Below, one piece after another: positions 1-7,789 of a stretch of DNA of 32,000 bases. How positions within the stretch are numbered: position 1 is the stretch's first letter; the number at the start of each line of letters is the position of its first letter. Below the pieces are notes generated by a model. That model was not told where the DNA came from. It saw only the letters and a list, made by a program, of their open reading frames with translations, and did not search any database. The position numbers and the translations under genes are program-made. This stretch comes from Alistipes timonensis JC136 (GTDB lineage Bacteria > Bacteroidota > Bacteroidia > Bacteroidales > Rikenellaceae): the NCBI RefSeq assembly GCF_900107675.1, contig NZ_FNRI01000006.1:161761-193760 (forward strand). The letters run 5' to 3'.

Positions 1-1442
1 AACTCGTCGTAGGTCAGCGAGGTCCGGGCGCCGTTCCACATTTTGACCGACAGCGGCGCGACGGCGTCGAAAATGCGGTGGTGTACGTCCTGGACGCTGA
101 TGCCGTTGCCGGCATGGTCGTTCCAGAGCGCGAACAGACCGCCTTTGAGCCGCGGGTCCGCCGGGTCGAAGGTTTGATTGCCGACGTTGGCCGGAGTCCA
201 GCTCTCATAGAGCGTTTTGGTGTCGAGGTAGTCGTGGTAGTAACCTGCGGCGGGGACAATGTAGACCTGATCGTCGGGGACGCTCAGGATGTCGTATCCC
301 AGCGCGTACATCTCTTTCGGGTCGGCATAACCGTTGTACCAGCAGTTCATCAGGATTCCGTCCGATTTGACCGGGGTGGCGCCCTTGGCGTGGGTCAGCG
401 CGCCCCAGAGCATCGGCTCCTTGCCGAACGACTCGACGTAACGGAGGTAGCGGTCGGTGAATGCGCGGAACTGTTCGACCACCAGCGAATCCTTGTTGCT
501 GTATTCGTCGGTGCCGATGTGCACCTTTTTGCCGACGAACACGGGATCGTCGCCCGAGAGGTATTCGCGCCAGAGGGCGTCGAGGAACTCATAGCCCTCG
601 GGATTGAAGAGGTCCATGTGGTCCTTGCCGTAGATGTCGCTTCCCAGCGAGGGCTTGTAGTGCGAGAAAGAGAGGGTGTGCGCCGGAGTGTCGATCTCGG
701 GGATGATGGTGATGCCCTGCCGGAGCGCCTCTTTCTGAAACTCGCGGAAGGCTTCCTGGGTGTAATGACCGTCTTTCGACGCCAGTCCGGGGAACGTTTT
801 GCTCTCGATCCGGAAGCCCGACGGGGTTTTGGTCCAGTCGTTTTCGAAGAGCTCCTGCATGCCGTTGTCGTTGAGGTGGACCTGGAACGTGTTCATCTTG
901 TAGTAGGCGAGCACTTTGACGAGGTCTTCGAGGTAGGAGAGGTCGAAATATTTGCGGGCCACGTCCAGCATGAAACCGCGCATCGGGAAAGCGGGGTAGT
1001 CGACGGCCGACCCGCAGGGCAGGGCGGTCGACTGCTCGGCCATTTGGAGGAGCGTTTTGGTGGCCCAGATCGCTCCCAGCGGCTCGTTGGCGCATACCCT
1101 GACGTTCCTGCCGATCGAGAGGGCATAGCCTTCGGCGTTGTCGGTGCCGCACTTGCCGGGGGTGACGGCCAGCGAGATGACGCCGGATTTCTGCCGGTTC
1201 CGCTTCGCCGGAACCACCTGCGGGGCAAAGCCCAGCAGTTCTTGGCATTCGGCGGCGAAACGTTCGGCGACGGCTGCCGTGGCCTCGTCATGGGTGATGA
1301 CGGTGGCGGAAGAGAGCGTGAAATGGCCGTTGCCGCCCTCCCAGCTGACGAGCTCGGGGATGACGAACGGTTTGGGATTCCCGGCCGCAGCCGCCAGTGT
1401 GCAGAACAGCGCGCAGAGGATTAAAGCAAATTTTCGTTGCAT
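1..1442 (-). CDS. GH20-type beta-N-acetylhexosaminidase, secreted; the 3' end runs off the window start
   Basis: Absent from the supplied ORF track because the frame is open at position 1. Manual minus-strand translation from the ATG at 1442-1440 gives MQRKFALILCALFCTLAAAAGNPKPFVIPELVSWEGGNGHF (signal peptide). It continues with RGFMLDVARKYF, MNTFQVHLNDN, IIPEIDTPAHT and VHIGTDEY (Asp-Glu pair), which resemble GH20 catalytic-domain motifs. There is no stop down to position 3. The start overlaps the 3' end of the upstream epimerase gene by 22 nt. Confidence 0.8.
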   Translation of the reverse strand, partial: MQRKFALILCALFCTLAAAAGNPKPFVIPELVSWEGGNGHFTLSSATVITHDEATAAVAERFAAECQELLGFAPQVVPAKRNRQKSGVISLAVTPGKCGTDNAEGYALSIGRNVRVCANEPLGAIWATKTLLQMAEQSTALPCGSAVDYPAFPMRGFMLDVARKYFDLSYLEDLVKVLAYYKMNTFQVHLNDNGMQELFENDWTKTPSGFRIESKTFPGLASKDGHYTQEAFREFQKEALRQGITIIPEIDTPAHTLSFSHYKPSLGSDIYGKDHMDLFNPEGYEFLDALWREYLSGDDPVFVGKKVHIGTDEYSNKDSLVVEQFRAFTDRYLRYVESFGKEPMLWGALTHAKGATPVKSDGILMNCWYNGYADPKEMYALGYDILSVPDDQVYIVPAAGYYHDYLDTKTLYESWTPANVGNQTFDPADPRLKGGLFALWNDHAGNGISVQDVHHRIFDAVAPLSVKMWNGARTSLTYDE

Positions 1443-2647
1443 AAGGTTTCGGTTTTAGGGGTTGGGGTAATCAGGGTTGCCTTGCGGTCGATCCGTTCGA
1501 GGGTCTGCCAGCATTGGTACAACCCGCGCGGGACGTGGAAGCAGCCTTTCCACTTGCCGCCCTTGAGGTCGATCAGCACCTCGCCCCGGCGGTTGAGGTA
1601 GCCGAACCATTCGGGGTATTCCGGGTCTTTGAAGTGATCCCACGTGTAGGCGTGGACCCGTTCGAACCACTCCAGACACCGCCGGTCGCCGGTCAGCTCA
1701 TAGCCTTTGAGCAGCGAGATGAGCGTCTCGATATGCACCCACCACAGTTTTTGGTCCCACTCCAGCTGGAGCGGCGGGCAGCCCTTGCGGTCCATGAAAT
1801 AGAAGATGCCGCCGTAGGTCGTGTCCCAGCCGTATTCGACCATCCGCAGGGTGATGTTTTTGGCCTGTTCGATCAGCTCGGGGCGTTTGAGCCGCCGGCC
1901 GATGTCCATGACGAACCACATCGCCTCGATGGCATGGCCGGGGTTGACCGAGCGGCCCTCGAACGTGTCCGAGAGCTGGTTGTCGGCCGTGAGGTTCTCG
2001 ACCACGATGCCCAGTTCGGGGCGGTAGAAGACCTCCATCACCTGATGCACGCACTCCTCCATGCGGGCGTGGAGGATCTCTTCGCTCAGGAGGTGCTCGA
2101 TCTCCATGGCCAGGTTGCAGAGGATCATCGGCAGTGCGAAGCCTTTAAGCGTCCGGCTGCCGGGTGACGCTTTGCTCCATTTGCCCTTAGGGTTGGAGGC
2201 TTTGGAGAGGATGATTTCGAAAGTCCGCCGGGCGATGTCGGCGTAGCGGGGATTTCCGGTCGCCTTGTTCAACTGCCCGAAGGCCATGGTGGCGAAGGTG
2301 TAGGAGAAGATGTTGTAGGGCTCCACCAGCGGTGCGCCCCGGCGGTCGAGGGCGAAATACCAGTTGAGGGCGCCGTCGTGGCCGTGCTTCTCGAGGAACG
2401 CGGCGCCGTGGATGGCGGCGTCGAGCCACTCTTTGCGCGGCTCCACATTATTATATAGCATCGAAAAGAGCCAGACTTCCCGCGCCTGAAGCCAGATGAA
2501 TTTGTCGGTATCGTACACGTTGCCTGTGCGGCCGAGGCAGGTGAAATAGCCTCCGCACTCCCGGTCGAGGGAGTGATTCAGCCAGAAAGGTATCACATTT
2601 TCAAATAGTTCCGTCTTGTAAAGCGCAGCCAGCGAGTTGAAATTCAT
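1421..2647 (-). CDS. N-acylglucosamine 2-epimerase (AGE / renin-binding-protein family)
   Basis: 408-aa ORF with no signal peptide. The sequence (FWLNHSLDRECGGYF, DKFIWLQAREVW, NPGHAIEAMWF, WDQKLWWVHIETL, GEVLIDLKGGKWKGCFHVPR) matches the (alpha/alpha)6-barrel AGE family. The exact substrate (ManNAc/GlcNAc versus other aldose-ketose or 2-epimerase activities in this family) cannot be fixed from sequence. Confidence 0.8.
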   Translation of the reverse strand: MNFNSLAALYKTELFENVIPFWLNHSLDRECGGYFTCLGRTGNVYDTDKFIWLQAREVWLFSMLYNNVEPRKEWLDAAIHGAAFLEKHGHDGALNWYFALDRRGAPLVEPYNIFSYTFATMAFGQLNKATGNPRYADIARRTFEIILSKASNPKGKWSKASPGSRTLKGFALPMILCNLAMEIEHLLSEEILHARMEECVHQVMEVFYRPELGIVVENLTADNQLSDTFEGRSVNPGHAIEAMWFVMDIGRRLKRPELIEQAKNITLRMVEYGWDTTYGGIFYFMDRKGCPPLQLEWDQKLWWVHIETLISLLKGYELTGDRRCLEWFERVHAYTWDHFKDPEYPEWFGYLNRRGEVLIDLKGGKWKGCFHVPRGLYQCWQTLERIDRKATLITPTPKTETLCNENLL

Positions 2648-2733
2648 GGTTAGTCGGTGTTAATTTCCAACAAAATAAGTAATAAAATTCAACATTATCA
2701 ATTTTTAGAGTAAAAATAATTATTAAAATATTC

Positions 2734-2763
2734 TTTGTAGGTAAATTATTTTATTTATATTTG
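2734..2763 (+). promoter_or_regulatory. Bacteroidota sigma-A type promoter (-33 TTTG at 2734-2737, -7 TATATTTG at 2756-2763)
   Basis: Exact TAnnTTTG box 27 nt upstream of the ATG at 2790, with a TTTG 18 nt upstream of it. It lies inside a strongly AT-rich divergent intergenic region. Confidence 0.5.
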
Positions 2764-2789
2764 TGCAGACAATAATTGTTTTGGGTATC

Positions 2790-3864
2790 ATGAAATTGAA
2801 CAGAACTATTTTTCTGACTGTCGCCGCCGCTATTATAATAGGTGCGTTCGCCGGATGCAGTTCCGACGACGACGGAGGCGTGCAAATTCCCCCCCCCCTC
2901 CACGGGCGGCGATCTTGTTGATGCTCCTTATGAGGACCCTGAGGGTCTGACCATTACCAAACGGTACGACGGCTATCCCGAGGGAGTCTACGTCCGTTCA
3001 TTCGAAATGCCGCTTTCCGGCGGCCAGAAGATCGTCGGCTACTATGCCGTGCTGGATTTCGTCGAAAATCCCGACCTTCAGTTTCTTCCCCGATTCTCCG
3101 CGGGAAAAAAGCCTACCAAATATTTCAGCGACCACCTCGCCGAAGGTGCGGACAATCCGTTCCTGGCGGTGAACGGCGGTTTCTTCGTCATGACGGCGCC
3201 GCCCCGCTCCTACTGTCTGCTGGTCAGCGACGGTGTGGTGAACTCGCGCCCCGATCCCTACGAGTGGACCGGGCCTTCGTCGTCGCCTTACCAGTTTTTC
3301 CCCGTGCGCGGAGCCATGGGCCGCATGGCCGACGGCAAGTTTGAAACGGCATGGGTGTATTGTGTCGCTGACGATGCGCAGCGTCCCTATGCGTTCCCTT
3401 CGCCGCTGGACAATGACGAGCGCATTCCCTCCTTCATGCCTTCCGCACCGACCTCGAAAACCCCGGGCGCCGAGCTCTGGGAGCCGCAGCAGGCCATCGG
3501 TGCCGGTCCGATGCTCGTCAGGGACAGCCTGAACGTGGCGGAGGATTCCTATTACCGGGAGGTGCTTCACTATATGGGGCAGGGGATCAACGGCATGGGA
3601 CGCCGCCCCCGCACGGCGCTCGGAACCACCCGTTCGCAGCGCCGGATGGTGGTCGTCGTCTGTAACGGCGACAAGGTGCAGTCGAGCGCCGGAATCACGC
3701 TTCCCGAGCTGGGCGACCTGTTCCTGCGATTCGGATGCGTGATGGCCGTGAACCTCGACGGAGGCGGTTCCTCGGCCTTCGTGGGACGCGAGGGGACCCT
3801 GCTGAACGGATTGCCGGCGGAGCGGACCATGCCGACGGCGGTGATTTTCGCCGAGAAGAAGTGA
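2790..3864 (+). CDS. Phosphodiester glycosidase family (NAGPA / DUF2233-like) lipoprotein; reading frame interrupted at a C10 tract
   Basis: The ATG at 2790 encodes MKLNRTIFLTVAAAIIIGAFAGCSSDDDGG (a classic SPII lipobox). That frame stops at 2919-2921. The long ORF 2842-3864 (GTG start, +1 frame) carries AVNGGFF, AIGAGPMLV, PRTALGTT and VNLDGGGSS, which are typical of the phosphodiester glycosidase (uncovering-enzyme-like) family. A C9 tract would fuse the two frames into about 357 aa. Confidence 0.75.
2889..2898 (+). repeat. Homopolymeric C10 tract at the signal-peptide / mature-domain junction
   Basis: Counted directly: ...caaatt CCCCCCCCCC tccacg. It is the point at which the two reading frames of the 2790-3864 gene diverge. 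Confidence 0.9.
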
Positions 3865-3895
3865 TTGTTAACCTTAAAACCATGCAATAATCCAA

Positions 3896-5113
3896 ATGAA
3901 ACCGAACAACCCTGCCGGCATTTCCGGACTGATGTGCAAACTGCTGTTGCTGTTCGTGCTTTGCATCACAGCCTGCAAGGGTGAGGAGACAAAGGGCGTC
4001 ACTCCCGAAGGACCCTCCACCGACGAGCCCGTACCCTATGGGACGGCCTGTATTTCCGACCTGGCGCTGATTTACGGCGGCGGCCATCACCGACAGGTCG
4101 TGTGGAACGAGGCGAGCTTCGGGCCGCACGTGGTCTACACCGATCGAAACGACAACAAGTACTGGCTGTTCGACTCGTTCCTGCTGATCGAGTTCACGCT
4201 GGGCAAAGGCGGGCAGACTACGAACCAGATCTTCGCCACGGGTTATTACGGGCTTCCGGCGCGGAAGGCCGAGTGGCAGGAGTTGCTGGACTACTATTTT
4301 ACGAAAGACGTGAGCGTCGATGCCCTGGACAAGACCGTCGGCAAGCAGATCGGGCAGATCGGACGCCCGGCCTACAAGCGGCAGGTGGTGCTGACGCTTC
4401 CCGAGCCGATCGTGGGCGGCGCCGGATCGAATTATCCGACCCTCGCAAAGGATTACTGGGGCGTGGTGGAAGGCCGGAAGCTGGATTTCACCCGTCCGGC
4501 AGACCGGCTGACGGCCTGCAAATGGTACATTGACAAAGCCTGCGAGATGTTCGATGCCGGTGGTTATGAGCATGTGGAGCTGGCGGGTTTCTACTGGGTC
4601 GCCGAGGAGATGTACCACTCGTCGGGCATCATCGAGGGCGTGGCCGAATACCTTCATTCGAAAGGGCTGCGGTTCGAGTGGATTCCCTATTGGAAAGGCG
4701 AGAAGGACTGGCAGGGCAACGATCCCGACTATTTCACCTGGAAAGATTACGGGTTTGACCAGGCTTATCTCCAGCCCAACTATTTCTTCAACGAGTCGGT
4801 GCCGGCCAGCCGGTTGACGGATGCCGTAAAAGTAATCAACAAGTACGACCTGGGTTACGAGGTGGAGTTCGACGAGAAGGCTATCGAGAGTCTGGGCGGA
4901 ACCAAGCGGTCGCGGCTGTACGACTACATGAAGGCTTTTAAGGAGAGCGGCGTCTATGCGAAACAGCCGTTGGCCTACTACATGAGCGAGAATGCGTTCT
5001 GCCAGCTTTCCGAGGCTGCGCTAAGCGTCGACCGCAAGACTTTCGACGACCTTTGTACGTTTATCATCGCTCACCAGCAGGCCTACCTGAACGAAAAGAA
5101 AAAGACGAAATAA
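3896..5113 (+). CDS. Uncharacterised lipoprotein, probably DUF4855 family
   Basis: 405-aa ORF with a lipobox (LFVLCITAC). The family assignment is from memory of similar Bacteroides proteins and is low confidence. The gene is tightly packed, with the next gene starting 2 nt after its stop. Confidence 0.7.
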   Translation: MKPNNPAGISGLMCKLLLLFVLCITACKGEETKGVTPEGPSTDEPVPYGTACISDLALIYGGGHHRQVVWNEASFGPHVVYTDRNDNKYWLFDSFLLIEFTLGKGGQTTNQIFATGYYGLPARKAEWQELLDYYFTKDVSVDALDKTVGKQIGQIGRPAYKRQVVLTLPEPIVGGAGSNYPTLAKDYWGVVEGRKLDFTRPADRLTACKWYIDKACEMFDAGGYEHVELAGFYWVAEEMYHSSGIIEGVAEYLHSKGLRFEWIPYWKGEKDWQGNDPDYFTWKDYGFDQAYLQPNYFFNESVPASRLTDAVKVINKYDLGYEVEFDEKAIESLGGTKRSRLYDYMKAFKESGVYAKQPLAYYMSENAFCQLSEAALSVDRKTFDDLCTFIIAHQQAYLNEKKKTK

Positions 5114-5114
5114 G

Positions 5115-6149
5115 ATGAAAAAGAACCTTTTGCTGAAAACTTTTGCGGCGCTGCTCCTGCTGCTGACGACGACTGCGGCCCAGGCTGCGGAACCGATGCT
5201 GGCATTGGAGAAATACACGGTGCCCGTCGGGGTGCCGGGTGCGGCGGTGGGACGTTTCTCCACGGAGGTGCCTGTCGTGCTCGCCGACGATCCCTCGGGG
5301 CTCTTCGAGATCGCGGACAACCGGCTGAAACTCCGCAAAAAAGCGGTCGTGACGGCTTCGTCGCCCATCCTGTTCGAGATCGAGGTCGCATGCGGCGATG
5401 CGCAGAAGCGGTTCACCATTGTCAAAGACGAGTTTATCCGCAACAAGGTAGTGGCCCACCGCGGCGCATGGAAAGGCTATGGGTATCACCAGAATTCGCG
5501 CCATTCGCTGCGCAAGGCGATCGAACTGGGATGCGAAGCCTCGGAGTTCGATGCCTGGCTCACGAAGGACAAGTACATCGCCATCAATCATGATTACGAG
5601 TACGACGGCATGATCGTCGAGCTGTCGAAACTGGCCGACATGCGGCGCGTGATTCTGGAGCAGGGCGAAGTGATGGCGACGCTGGACGAGTATCTGGATA
5701 TCATCCGCGGGCAGAACCGGACGCGGCTGGTGCTGGAGCTGAAATCCATGCCGACGAACAAAATAGGCCTCGAACTGGCCGACGCCGCCGTGGCGATGGT
5801 GCACAAGATGGGCGCACAGGCATGGGTCGACTACATCAGCTTCGACTACGAGGTGCTGAAACGGGTGCGTGCGCTCGATCCCACGGCGCACATCGCCTAC
5901 CTGGGAGCCGTCGTGCCGATGGATCAGCAGAAGATCGAGGGTATGAACGGCATTGACTACCATTTTTCGCAGTTCGACAACATGCCGCGGCTCTACGACC
6001 GGGCGCGGATGCTGGGGCTGACGATCAACGTCTGGACGGTCAACGACCCGAAGATCATGGAGCGCATGCTCGACATGGGGGTCGATTTCATCACCACGGA
6101 CGAGCCCGCGATGCTGCTGGAGATGATTGAAAAACGGAACGAACGATAG
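5115..6149 (+). CDS. Glycerophosphodiester phosphodiesterase (GDPD) family protein, secreted
   Basis: 344-aa ORF with a signal peptide (LLLLTTTAAQA) and an extra N-terminal domain of about 110 aa. The GDPD signature follows: VVAHRGAW...NSRHSLRKAIELGCEASEFDAWLTKDKYIAINHD, with a C-terminal INVWTVND. Confidence 0.85.
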   Translation: MKKNLLLKTFAALLLLLTTTAAQAAEPMLALEKYTVPVGVPGAAVGRFSTEVPVVLADDPSGLFEIADNRLKLRKKAVVTASSPILFEIEVACGDAQKRFTIVKDEFIRNKVVAHRGAWKGYGYHQNSRHSLRKAIELGCEASEFDAWLTKDKYIAINHDYEYDGMIVELSKLADMRRVILEQGEVMATLDEYLDIIRGQNRTRLVLELKSMPTNKIGLELADAAVAMVHKMGAQAWVDYISFDYEVLKRVRALDPTAHIAYLGAVVPMDQQKIEGMNGIDYHFSQFDNMPRLYDRARMLGLTINVWTVNDPKIMERMLDMGVDFITTDEPAMLLEMIEKRNER

Positions 6150-6194
6150 TAACACGTAACAAGTAATACAACAGCCAAATAACCTTAAAAAAGA

Positions 6195-7694
6195 ATGATT
6201 ATGAAACGATTGTTTTTAACCCTGGCACTTGGTGCGATGGCCGTTTTCGGCCTGAATTCGTGCTCGGACGACGACTCCGAAGGAGGAGGCGAGAAGCGTC
6301 CGTATTGTGAGATCGAGAAATTCTCGGTTTCCGTTCCCAACGTCGATGTCAAGATCGACAAGGACAAAGCCGTTGTGGAACTCTATGTGGCCCCCGACCT
6401 GCTGGAGCTGCTCTCCGATGTGACGCCTACGGGCGAGCTCTCCATCGGCGCTACGGTGGTTCCCGCGTTCAGCGTGAAGCAGGACTTCACCAAGGAGGTG
6501 ACCTATCTCGTGACTGCCGAGGACGGCAAAACGCAGAAAACCTGGACCGTGAAACCCGTCGTCAGCAAGTATGTGGCTCAGGGTATCGGTACGGTGAAAC
6601 TGCTTTGGGCGAAGAAAGCATCGGAAATCGGCCTCACGGTCAACGAGCCTACGATCGCCTCGTTTGAGGACAAGGTGGTTGTTTCCCGCCCGGGTATGAT
6701 TATCGACGGCACTACCGGCGAGAACACCGGCGAGACGCTCAATATCGATGGTATCGAGTGTAATCCTGCGAATGCTGCAACACTGCTTCCTTTTGTCGTT
6801 GCCAACGACAGCAAAGGCAATCTGCTGGGTGCGACACTGGGCGCCTGGGCTCTGAATAACAATCCCTGGAAGGTCTACAAATGGACCGCACTGAATGCCG
6901 CTCCCGTGGAGGTGCTCAGCTACGAGCAGTCGGCAACGGAGAGCTTCGGTCGTCGTCTGACGGCTGTCGGCGATGTCAACGGCAATGCGATCATTACGTC
7001 GCTCAGCGTGACCGATTATAACCTGAAACCCAACAATAATCCTGCTGCCGCACCCGCAGCCCACTACTGCTGGAAGATAACCAACGGTGTCGTCAATACG
7101 AAGCCGGAATTGGTCGCCGTGCCGGCCGGATACCGTGCCGGCAATATGTATCAGGTGCTTTGGCCCGCCAGCGAACTGGCTGTCAAGCCGTTCTATTTCA
7201 GCGATCCGGGCGCTTCGAACGCCGTGCCTGTGACCCGTCTGGGTTATGTGGGTCTCGACGACCAGATCGTTTACTTCAAGGGCGGCGTGAACCCGAGCGA
7301 CATCATGGGCGGCGGCGACGAAATGTTTAAGGAGACCGGCTACGGCCGCAAGGTGCTCCAGAGCCAGCCGTTCACGTTCAACGGTGTGAATTACCTCGCC
7401 GTATGTGCATTCTACAGCACCGAGATCGGTACGAACGGCGCTACCGAGGACAAGGTTTACCTCTACACGCAGTTGCTCGAGGTTTCGGGCAAGGACTACA
7501 AGGTTGCCTATGTCGGCAAGGATGTCTTCGACGGCAAGGTGTCGGTGCTTAACCCCAACGGAACGGGCGGTCTGGCCATCAGCGTGGTTGCCGAGGGCAG
7601 CGGTGACGACGAAGGCGAGCTGAGCTGCCGCGTTTACAACCTCCTGTCGGGTGTCGGCATGGTCGGCTACGAGATCAACAACGTCAAGGAGTAA
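6195..7694 (+). CDS. Uncharacterised surface lipoprotein (N-terminal Ig-like module, C-terminal repeat/propeller-like body)
   Basis: 499-aa ORF with lipobox VFGLNSC followed by an acidic DDDSEGG linker typical of surface-exposed Bacteroidota lipoproteins. The N-terminal module (IEKFSV...DFTKEVTYLVTAEDGKTQKTWTV) resembles the Ig-like modules of PUL-encoded glycan-binding proteins. No catalytic motif was recognised. An alternative start lies at 6201. Confidence 0.75.
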   Translation: MIMKRLFLTLALGAMAVFGLNSCSDDDSEGGGEKRPYCEIEKFSVSVPNVDVKIDKDKAVVELYVAPDLLELLSDVTPTGELSIGATVVPAFSVKQDFTKEVTYLVTAEDGKTQKTWTVKPVVSKYVAQGIGTVKLLWAKKASEIGLTVNEPTIASFEDKVVVSRPGMIIDGTTGENTGETLNIDGIECNPANAATLLPFVVANDSKGNLLGATLGAWALNNNPWKVYKWTALNAAPVEVLSYEQSATESFGRRLTAVGDVNGNAIITSLSVTDYNLKPNNNPAAAPAAHYCWKITNGVVNTKPELVAVPAGYRAGNMYQVLWPASELAVKPFYFSDPGASNAVPVTRLGYVGLDDQIVYFKGGVNPSDIMGGGDEMFKETGYGRKVLQSQPFTFNGVNYLAVCAFYSTEIGTNGATEDKVYLYTQLLEVSGKDYKVAYVGKDVFDGKVSVLNPNGTGGLAISVVAEGSGDDEGELSCRVYNLLSGVGMVGYEINNVKE

Positions 7695-7708
7695 CCTCCT
7701 TTCGATTG

Positions 7709-7749
7709 CCGGAGGGGTTCCGCCTGTGCGGTCACTCCTCCGGTTTTTT
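7709..7749 (+). terminator. Intrinsic terminator / attenuator hairpin upstream of susC
   Basis: CCGGAGG (7709-7715) pairs with CCTCCGG (7737-7743). There is an inner CCGC/GCGG stem, and the hairpin is followed by TTTTTT (7744-7749). Confidence 0.55.
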
Positions 7750-7789
7750 CAGTTAATCGCCGCTGTTAAAGGCTGAGACAAATTTTTGT

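Noticed and set aside
78-1424. 448-aa plus-strand ORF covering the left end of the window
   Set aside because: It is antisense to the GH20 gene. Its composition is low in complexity and rich in Val, Arg, Gly, Asp and His, it has no recognisable domain, and it has no promoter or signal context. It is a typical high-GC shadow frame. The true gene is on the minus strand and is open at the window edge.
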